Assembly: GCA_039621445.1 (NCBI GenBank)
Contig: CP154954.1
Span: 124,001 to 188,000, forward strand
Direction of reading: 5' to 3'
Length of the DNA stretch: 64,000 bases
Source: Euglena gracilis
Taxonomy: Eukaryota
Shown: positions 45,190 through 64,000 of the stretch, one piece after another
Numbering within the stretch: the stretch's first letter is position 1
Layout of the letters: every line of letters starts with the position of its first letter
The notes under the pieces: generated by a model
Seen by the model: the letters and a program-made list of their open reading frames with translations, nothing else
Database searches by the model: none
Told to the model about the DNA's origin: nothing
Translations under genes and position numbers: made by a program

Positions 45190-45907
45190 ATGTTATCCGA
45201 ATATGATAATCTAAACTTTGAAAAGAGCGTTGAAGGTAAAGGTTCTTTTCTTAATAAAAACCAAATAGAATCTTATTTGGCCTTACGAAAAAAGAAAGGA
45301 AAAATATATAATTTAGATTCTGAATTTTGGCGTGCTTTTTGTGAATCTCACAATATTAATATGGAATCTATTTTAAATTTATATATATCGAATAAATCTA
45401 TTTCTAGTAAGGATTGTTAAAATACTATCTTATATTGTTGGACGAGATTACCTTAAAGGCAGAACCGCTAACTTTTATGCTTACATTAAAGTGGATAAAC
45501 GATTAGATACGCGCTCGACTCGTTTTTTGGATTTGAGATTAAAAAAAGACTGTGAAGAGGTTACAGTTTGTGGAAATTATAGCGCAGCTAAGTCAGAAGA
45601 ATATTCTATCGATTATATAATAAAAATGGTTTTAAGTCAGAGAGCATATGGTATACAAGATTTTACTGATTCGTTAGTAATTAGTCCGTGTTTGTCTGTA
45701 AAATTAGATGATCATTACCAAATGTTGTCACTTTGGAACCGCATGATAAAACTAGCTGAAAAAGGCAATATTTTTAAGGCTCTATCTCTTTTAAAAAAAG
45801 AAAGGCCAGATTACTACATCAAAAAATTTGTAGCAATTAAAAAAAATTTAAATGCAATTTTTATGTCTTTTAAAAATGATAAAAAATTAAATAGGGAGGT
45901 TTTATGA
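45190..45907 (+). pseudogene. Degenerate geminivirus-like Rep paralog (ORF A), frameshift near 45410; copy 2
   Basis: The 76-aa ORF continues in the +1 frame into ILSYIVGRDYLKGRTANFYAYIKVDKRLDTRSTRFLDL...IDYIIK; its stop overlaps the ORF B start (ATGA). Confidence 0.65.
45892..45900 (+). promoter_or_regulatory. Shine-Dalgarno sequence of ORF B
   Basis: AGGGAGG a few nt upstream of the ATG at 45904. Confidence 0.65.
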
Positions 45908-47127
45908 ATTTATTAAATACGAACAAAAATAACATTGATAATAATATGAGACGTATTTCATCAAAAAAAGTTTTTTTAACCTATTCTTATTGTTCCGCAG
46001 ATCTTTCAGAAATTTTAAATTTTTTTAAAAATAAATTTGAAGTAAAATATGGACTAGTTGATTATGCGTTGGTAAGATAGTTTCATAAAACCGGATACCC
46101 TCATGTACACTCATATTTCGTTTTTATTAAAAAAATAGACACTAAGGCAGCAAATTTTTTTGATATATATGTTGATTCTAAAACTTATAGTGCATATGTT
46201 CAAACAGTTAATAACGAGAAAGATTTGTTGGACTATTTAACAAAACAAATATTTAACTTTGTAGATGCTTCAAAAAATTTCATGGCTTCTCCATCAATTT
46301 TGAAAAAGTATGGTAAATATTTTGAATATTGTCCATTAGAAGAAAGGATGATTGAATTAGCAAAAAAAGGAGAGATAGCGGATGCTATGTTGTTGTTTGA
46401 AAAAGAAAAACCTTCTGAATTTGTATATAAAGGTGATGCTATTGAAAAACGACTTAGAAACATATATTTAAGCACAAGGTTAGGAGTTAAAGCAAAAATT
46501 AATTTTAATGACTATGTGATACCTCGAGATTTAAGGTGGATGTTAGACATTTATGAATCTTATCTGAATATGGGTGAAAATAAAGTATTTTTAATTTTAG
46601 GCGGTGAGCTTAGGTATTTAATAGATTTTTTTGAATCTTATTTGCAATTCAAAGGCTTTTATCTTCTAGTAGTTAAGGAAGCTAAGGATTTACTGCGATT
46701 TAGAAATACTTGTCATTACGATGCGATAATTTTTTCAGACTCTAGCATTTTAGAGTATCAAAATGTAGATGAGCTAAAAAATTTATTTAACTCTTTAGAA
46801 ACAACGTTAAAAGTTCATAATCGAAAAAATAGTGTTAAAGTACTTTTATCTCCTGCTTTACCAAAAGCTATAATGTCGTCAAAACCTTATAAAGTTTTGG
46901 AACAATTTTTTAAAGAAAAAGGAATTGAAATGGAAGGCATACTACCTTATCAATTAAATGCCGATGATAAATTACTTCCCCCACATTTTCATAATTCAGA
47001 AATGGAAAAATCAAAGGAATACAGAGAACTTGAAAGTAAAACTAAAGTTTATATTCAAGAATTCTTAAAAAAAGCTAATATGAATGATGAAAATGAAGGA
47101 AATGATAATCAAAAAAATACTAATTAA
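45904..47127 (+). pseudogene. Geminivirus/pCRESS-like HUH Rep with degenerate SF3 helicase (ORF B); one frame of 408 codons with an internal TAG at 46078
   Basis: Motif I FLTY (45973), motif II PHVH (46099-46110), GRS-like NFFDI, motif III YLTK (46234), Walker-B-like YDAIIFSD (46717). Confidence 0.82.
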
Positions 47128-47204
47128 TACGTTTTTATTATATGTTATTATTTTATTAGTAATAAAAATATTACTAATTTGTTATTTGTTATAAATATGT
47201 TATA

Positions 47205-47385
47205 TTTATTCTAGGGCGGAAAATTAGTGGTAACATTAATTTGTTAAAAAATGCCTCTTGACATCAAAAGTTCGAATTAATTTTGAAAAGCATGAGGCAT
47301 TTTTTTAACAATTATTTTAAGTTTAATAAAACTTAAAATTTTTTTTTAATAAATTTTTTTTTTTCTGTCCGCCCGGAGAATAAAA
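47205..47385. repeat. Nested inverted repeats (also at about 28917-29097)
   Basis: Outer TTTATTCTAGGGCGGA / TCCGCCCGGAGAATAAA; inner TTGTTAAAAAATGCCTC / GAGGCATTTTTTTAACAA; adjacent ATTTTAAGTT / AACTTAAAAT hairpin. Confidence 0.85.
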
Positions 47386-47463
47386 AAATTTAGAAAATTA
47401 TTGCTCTATTATTTTTGGGAGAATAAAATGAACAATTCAAAAACAAAACTTCAAAAAAAAAAT

Positions 47464-47506
47464 AAAGTTCGCTGAGAATAAAATACCAGCGGACACGTTT
47501 TTGTTA
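47464..47506 (+). repeat. Hairpin repeat, unit 1 of 3
   Basis: AAAGTTCGCTG-AGAATAAAATAC-CAGCGGACACGTTTTTGTTA; also at 29178. Confidence 0.85.
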
Positions 47507-47733
47507 TTTTTTGTTATAAAGTTGTGATTAAAATCATTATAAATATTATTACTAGTATAATTATTATCAAATTAATTTTTATTTTATTGCTAACTTGTTA
47601 TTAAATTGTTATTAAATAGCTAATTTGTTGTATGAGCATTAAGCGTTAAATTAATTGGGTAGGTCAACAATAAACTATTGTTGAAAGAATATAGTTATAG
47701 TTAATTGGACAAATTTTTTATGGGAGAATAATT

Positions 47734-49464
47734 ATGGTTCAAAAATTAAGAAAAAAATACAAATTCAAAATTAACACCACAAGTTCGAGATATTATGGTA
47801 GTTATAATATAACACGTAATTGGAGAATTTTAATAAGGACAAATTTTCAATCTTTAATAGAAATGGATTATTCTTTTATTAAAAAATGGCATGCAATAAT
47901 AAACGACGATAAAATTTCTTTTATTATGTATACCATATGCAAATACGTGGATTTTCAGAAAGAAACCGATATTTTTATTAAAGCTTACCTCGAACTAAAG
48001 AAAAATTGTCGGCCAAAATATTTAGAAGACTTGTTTAGTTTTGATAAAAATACAATTATAAGTATCGAAAAAGCTAAAGGGGATAGTCCTGGCAATGTTG
48101 GTGGTTTTATTATTAATTGCCGAGACCCCGAAGAGGAACTTTTTTGGAATAGAATACCGCGCTATGAATCTAAAAATAATAACTGTTTAAGTTTTAAATT
48201 TATTACTCAATATAATTTAATTGAGAAAGCAAGGGGAAATTATTTTCTACCTAAAATTTTCCTTGAAGTTTTAAAAAAAGGTCCGGAAGAGATTGATAAA
48301 GAAAAAAGAAAAACTGTTTTAGCAAAAAAAATCGATAATGACGAAGAAATAGAAAAAATAGAAATAAAAAAAGAAAAACAATTTGAAATTAAGAGCTTTT
48401 TCGAGGATTCAGAATTTTTAGCAATAACCGAAAAATATACAAAAAAGTGTGAGGATTTAATAAATATTAACAATAAAGGGAAAAAAATAAGAGATTTATT
48501 TTGCAATTATATTTTAGAATTATTAATTCTAGAAATAAATATTTTAAATTCTCAAAGTAAACCAAAATATTCGGATGTTTTTATTTGTACTTATAAAAAA
48601 AAAAAGAACAATAATGAAATAGAGTGGTATTTTAATTGGATGTCTATTGATAGAATCCTTAAACAATTTTTATATAAATCAATTAAACCGTGGCAAAATA
48701 AAAATATTGACGATATTAATCAAGGAGAAATTTATAATATAATTACTAATAAATCACTTACAGATAATACAATAAATTCTGTTAAACGTTCTTTTCAAAA
48801 TAGATTGAATGAAAATGTTAACTTAACGAACGTAAGAAAATCATACAAAAAAATAAAATTTGTTTCGTTTAGTTTAACTAAGTTTTATAGCAATGAAAAT
48901 AACGTTTTTTTTGTAAAATTAAAAATTGAGATTTTCGTATGTGATAGTTTTAATACTAGCCTTATAAGAGATTTTCTTAATTTAATTACAAGTGAAGATA
49001 TTCTATGGATAATGTATTCGGTAGAACCTGTAATATTAATACATACTGATTCCAAAGATAAAATTCTTCAAGAGACATATCTAAAATTAGAATGTAAAGC
49101 AGTAAAATCACAGCTATATTTAAATATATATGTGATATTTGATGAAAAAAGAGTATGGACTAAAAATTTAGTTGAAAGCTTTTTTTCTACTATTAAAAAT
49201 GGTAAAATTTTAAATATATCAAACGTACCAAAACTAGGAGGTCTTTGTTTTTGTTATGTTCTTAATAACCTTTTGCTAAAAGCAAATAAAAAAAATCAAT
49301 TAGCTGAAATTAAAATATATCAGCATACAAAATATGAAATTCCTTCCAAATATAAAATCAAATTTATCAACGAATCGCCATTATTTTTAAGAGAATATAC
49401 TGGGTCTTTGAACTTCTTATATATTTTACTTAGTATGTTACTAGATAATATAACTAATAAATAA
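47734..49464 (+). CDS. 576-aa uncharacterised ORF C with degenerate circovirus/nanovirus-type Rep domain(s)
   Basis: Long intact ORF preceded by GGGAG; RNWRILI...IKAYLELKKNCRPKYLEDLF...ISIEKAKGDS resembles the Viral_Rep pattern without catalytic residues. Confidence 0.75.
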   Translation: MVQKLRKKYKFKINTTSSRYYGSYNITRNWRILIRTNFQSLIEMDYSFIKKWHAIINDDKISFIMYTICKYVDFQKETDIFIKAYLELKKNCRPKYLEDLFSFDKNTIISIEKAKGDSPGNVGGFIINCRDPEEELFWNRIPRYESKNNNCLSFKFITQYNLIEKARGNYFLPKIFLEVLKKGPEEIDKEKRKTVLAKKIDNDEEIEKIEIKKEKQFEIKSFFEDSEFLAITEKYTKKCEDLININNKGKKIRDLFCNYILELLILEINILNSQSKPKYSDVFICTYKKKKNNNEIEWYFNWMSIDRILKQFLYKSIKPWQNKNIDDINQGEIYNIITNKSLTDNTINSVKRSFQNRLNENVNLTNVRKSYKKIKFVSFSLTKFYSNENNVFFVKLKIEIFVCDSFNTSLIRDFLNLITSEDILWIMYSVEPVILIHTDSKDKILQETYLKLECKAVKSQLYLNIYVIFDEKRVWTKNLVESFFSTIKNGKILNISNVPKLGGLCFCYVLNNLLLKANKKNQLAEIKIYQHTKYEIPSKYKIKFINESPLFLREYTGSLNFLYILLSMLLDNITNK

Positions 49465-49497
49465 TTAAGTTATTATATTATTCCATTAAAATTTTTT

Positions 49498-49680
49498 AAA
49501 GTCCACCAAGAATAAAATTCTAGTGGACACGTTTGTTATTAAATTGTTATTATTAGTATAATTATTATAAAATTATTTAATTAAAAATATAAATAATTTA
49601 GTTAGCTAGTTGTTATTAAAATGTTATTAACTTTTTTAAAGTTCACCGAGAATAAAATCCTAGTGGACACGTTTTTGTTA
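49498..49680 (+). repeat. Hairpin repeat, units 2 and 3
   Basis: AAAGTCCACCAAGAATAAAATTCTAGTGGACACGTTT and AAAGTTCACCGAGAATAAAATCCTAGTGGACACGTTT; also at 31211 and 31351. Confidence 0.85.
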
Positions 49681-49948
49681 TTTTTATTGGTTTTAGTTTA
49701 AGGTCAGCAGGAACAACTTTTATAACCTTTTATTATGGTATCGTACTTTAATAAATCTAAATTTAAGGAATTCTGCAACATATTCTAAAGATAAAGGGCA
49801 TTTTGGAGATGTAAGAAATACTTTCCTAGCTGACAGTCGGTATTTAGCGTTTTTACCAACGTTTTTTTCAAATTTATTAAAGGAACTTTTCTTTGATTTT
49901 ACTTTTTTCTAACGTAATTTTTTGATTAGTTTTATTTGGAGTTATAAC

Positions 49949-49992
49949 CTATTATTAATCTATTAACCTATTATTAATCTATTAACTTATTA
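49949..49992 (+). repeat. Short 19-bp tandem repeat
   Basis: (CCTATTATTAATCTATTAA) x2 plus a partial copy; also near 31660. Confidence 0.75.
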
Positions 49993-50328
49993 TATTATAA
50001 TTAATAATAGGGGGCAATTTACTTAGCAAATTCTCGGTCGTTACTGACAAAACGGGGTATGGTTTTGTAAACATTAACCACGCAATAACACAATCACAAT
50101 ATTGCACTAATAACTTAAAAAAGTCACTCACATGATATTATTACTAAATAAATGTAATCTGCCTCAGGCAAACGGTTTTGAACTATGTGTATGAAAAGTA
50201 ATGAGAATTCTTTACAATTAAAGGGATGTAACATGTAAATCGTTAAATACGACTGCATACAACTCCTATTTAAGATACTATGTACGGGAAATAAGCAAAA
50301 AATAATACATTATTCAAGGAAAACTACT

Positions 50329-50538
50329 ATGGTACGTAAAAAAGATATATTAAATGAAAGGTTAAAAAATTACACAATAGAAACAGACGTGTCCCGTAAG
50401 GTGAGGCAAAAAGTTGCGTTCCGTTTAGCGGCTAAAAACATATTTTTGATGTATAATAAAGTTTCATCTTCATTTACTGTGGAGGATATTAGTTATTCTT
50501 TACTTGAGAAGCTGAAGCCATATGGTGTATTATCGTAG
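50329..50538 (+). pseudogene. Rep N-terminal fragment (ORF D); copy 2
   Basis: AFRLAAKNIFLMYNKV...LLEKLKPYGVLS*. Confidence 0.62.
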
Positions 50539-50730
50539 ATACGTATATTGACTGTGAAACTAACGTAACTGACTTATCTAGAGTAAAAGAAACTAAACGT
50601 GAGTATTATATTTTTAGACCTCAAATAGACAAAAATTAGTAGCAAAACTTATTAATAATAATAATGTAAATTATCTATAAATAACTGTAAAGTGATTTTT
50701 CGAATATAATTTTTATTTTATTATTAAAAT

Positions 50731-56295
<5,565 letters not shown>

Positions 56296-56421
56296 TTAAA
56301 ATAATTTCGTTTTATCTCAAATTTTTTTGAATATTTTTTAGTATTTTTTAAATACGTTAAATTTTATAATTTTTAGAATAATGTTTAAATTTTTAAGTTC
56401 AAAAAGATCTTTTATTTTTTT

Positions 56422-56586
56422 ATGGCGGTTCCAAAAAAGAAAATGTCCAAATCTCGTAGAAACTCAAGGAAAAGTAACTGGAAAAAAAAGGTGCTTAAAA
56501 AAGTTCTTTTTGCTCTTTCTTTAGGAAAATCTTTTGAAGCGAATACTAATGTTAATTTTTCTTTTGGAGACAAATTACCACAATAG
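56422..56586 (+). CDS. rpl32: 50S ribosomal protein L32; copy 2
   Basis: Same as 38137-38301. Confidence 0.93.
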   Translation: MAVPKKKMSKSRRNSRKSNWKKKVLKKVLFALSLGKSFEANTNVNFSFGDKLPQ

Positions 56587-56620
56587 TGCTGTGATAATAT
56601 GTAAAATTGTAATTATTTTT

Positions 56621-57576
<956 letters not shown>

Positions 57577-57687
57577 ATAAGGTTTTTCTTTGAGATAGGA
57601 AATTTCAAAGGACATATTTATATTTTATTAAAAAAATTTTTTAATATAGAATTTTGTTTATTGTTAAATTTATTTTTAGTTATTTTT

Positions 57688-58590
57688 ATGAAATTAAATT
57701 CTATTGAAGTAATAGGTAAGTTATGGATTTCTTAAAAAATTTTTTATATTTATTTTAGATTTATTATGAATCATATAATTTTTTTAATTTAATTTTTTTA
57801 AAAATTTTTTATTTAACTAGAAAATCTTCTATTGCCAAAATAATTCTCTTCCTTCCTAAAGATGGTGGTGGTGAAATTTTGATTAATGGAGAAAAAGCTT
57901 TTAACTATTTGCAGTTGCGAGTTCTAAAAGTCTTTATTTAACATTTCCAAGTTAAGGGAAAAAAAATAATCTCGTTTATTTAAATTTTATTATTGATTTT
58001 TATTTAATAATTTTTAAGCATTTAATAGATTTATTATTTTTTAATTTAATCCTAAAGATGATAAATTTCGAGTTAATAATTGAATTTAAATTAAGTTTAA
58101 GATAACAGTTGAAATTTTTAATAAAGTTAAATCGATATTAATATAGTTGCACATATTAATATACTAATATACTTCTTGGATAGAAATTCTTTTTAATTTG
58201 AAATCAAAATATTCAAATTTACCTTAGACGTAAGAACTAAATTTTTTTATAATTTTTATATTTTATTCGAAAGACTTTCTTTAAATTATGATATACAAAT
58301 ATAAAAAAGTAAATGATAGATTATTAAACATTGTTATAAATTATCTTTATTGTTCATAAAATTTTAATTAAGGAAGTATTTATGAAAGTTATTCTATTTT
58401 ATTTTAATAAACTTTTTATGAGCTGGATACATTTATTGATGTTTGTCCAGTTCTTTTGAGGGAAATAATTTATCAATTTTATTTTCTATCAACTAATAAC
58501 CTTCGTTGAGAAAAAGAATTTTTAAAATGTTATTTTTAATTTTTGTTTGTTTAATAAACTATTTTTTTATATATTTTTTCAAGTACAACT
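57688..58590 (+). CDS. rps9: S9, 5' portion, cut by the fold-back
   Basis: MKLNSIEVIGK|RKSSIAK...NYLQ| followed by a group II intron. Confidence 0.85.
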
Positions 58591-58609
58591 TTCAACGTTA
58601 TTTGATTGT

Positions 58610-59510
58610 AAATACTTGAAAAAATATATTAAAAAATAGTTTAATAAACAAACACAAATTAAAAAATAACATTTTAAAAATTCTTTTTCTCAACGAAGGT
58701 TATTAGTTGATAGAAAATAAAATTGATAAATTATTTCCCTCAAAAGAACTGGACAAACATCAATAAATGTATCCAGCTCATAAAAAGTTTATTAAAATAA
58801 AATAGAATAACTTTCATAAATACTTCCTTAATTAAAATTTTATGAACAATAAAGATAATTTATAACAATGTTTAATAATCTATCATTTACTTTTTTATAT
58901 TTGTATATCATAATTTAAAGAAAGTCTTTCGAATAAAATATAAAAATTATAAAAAAATTTAGTTCTTACGTCTAAGGTAAATTTGAATATTTTGATTTCA
59001 AATTAAAAAGAATTTCTATCCAAGAAGTATATTAGTATATTAATATGTGCAACTATATTAATATCGATTTAACTTTATTAAAAATTTCAACTGTTATCTT
59101 AAACTTAATTTAAATTCAATTATTAACTCGAAATTTATCATCTTTAGGATTAAATTAAAAAATAATAAATCTATTAAATGCTTAAAAATTATTAAATAAA
59201 AATCAATAATAAAATTTAAATAAACGAGATTATTTTTTTTCCCTTAACTTGGAAATGTTAAATAAAGACTTTTAGAACTCGCAACTGCAAATAGTTAAAA
59301 GCTTTTTCTCCATTAATCAAAATTTCACCACCACCATCTTTAGGAAGGAAGAGAATTATTTTGGCAATAGAAGATTTTCTAGTTAAATAAAAATTTTTAA
59401 AAAAATTAAATTAAAAAAATTATATGATTCATAATAAATCTAAAATAAATATAAAAAATTTTTTAAGAAATCCATAACTTACCTATTACTTCAATAGAAT
59501 TTAATTTCAT
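58610..59510 (-). CDS. rps9: S9, 5' portion, mirror copy
   Basis: Reverse complement of 57688-58590. Confidence 0.85.
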
Positions 59511-59621
59511 AAAAATAACTAAAAATAAATTTAACAATAAACAAAATTCTATATTAAAAAATTTTTTTAATAAAATATAAATATGTCCTTTGAAATTTCC
59601 TATCTCAAAGAAAAACCTTAT

Positions 59622-60578
<957 letters not shown>

Positions 60579-60612
60579 AAAAATAATTACAATTTTACAT
60601 ATTATCACAGCA

Positions 60613-60777
60613 CTATTGTGGTAATTTGTCTCCAAAAGAAAAATTAACATTAGTATTCGCTTCAAAAGATTTTCCTAAAGAAAGAGCAAAAAGAACTTTT
60701 TTAAGCACCTTTTTTTTCCAGTTACTTTTCCTTGAGTTTCTACGAGATTTGGACATTTTCTTTTTTGGAACCGCCAT
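60613..60777 (-). CDS. rpl32: L32, mirror copy
   Basis: Reverse complement of 56422-56586. Confidence 0.93.
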   Translation of the reverse strand: MAVPKKKMSKSRRNSRKSNWKKKVLKKVLFALSLGKSFEANTNVNFSFGDKLPQ

Positions 60778-60903
60778 AAAAAAATAAAAGATCTTTTTGA
60801 ACTTAAAAATTTAAACATTATTCTAAAAATTATAAAATTTAACGTATTTAAAAAATACTAAAAAATATTCAAAAAAATTTGAGATAAAACGAAATTATTT
60901 TAA

Positions 60904-64000
<3,097 letters not shown>

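Noticed and set aside
46233-48506. Minus-strand ORFs (80 aa and 88 aa) and other shadow ORFs such as 8424, 8826, 10443, 18683 and 36533
   Set aside because: Antisense or alternative-frame by-products of real genes with no recognisable motifs
47734-49464. ORF C as a group II intron maturase or reverse transcriptase
   Set aside because: It is not inside an intron and shows no YADD-like or domain X signature
47464-49680. Hairpin repeats as a CRISPR array
   Set aside because: Only three diverged units with spacings of about 2 kb and 140 bp, and no cas genes

Overview
This is Euglena (gracilis-like) chloroplast DNA: very AT-rich, with genes split by many short group II/III introns. Gene order is rpoC1-rpoC2-trnV/N/R/L-rps11/rps4-trnY/H/M/W/E/G-psbB(truncated), then psbN/psbH-petB-atpB-atpE-[ORF island]-rbcL-rpl32-psaC-rps9-rpl12. 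The window is not a clean linear genome. It has fold-back inversions centred at about 18.9 kb and 58.6 kb, a displaced inverted fragment (12.35-13.73 kb), a direct duplication of about 14 kb (offset about 18.3 kb) and several low-quality tracts, most likely from long-read chimeras or misassembly. The main finding is the intron-free island of about 5.8 kb between atpE and rbcL, present twice. By manual motif reading it is a tandem array of at least four decayed rolling-circle (HUH) replication-initiator genes of CRESS-DNA virus/plasmid type. One keeps geminivirus-like motifs I, II, GRS and III plus a degenerate SF3 helicase, and is broken by a single in-frame TAG. The ORFs are interspersed with repeated hairpins, a large nested palindrome and TATTATTAC nonamers. 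No homology search was run; exon boundaries are approximate.
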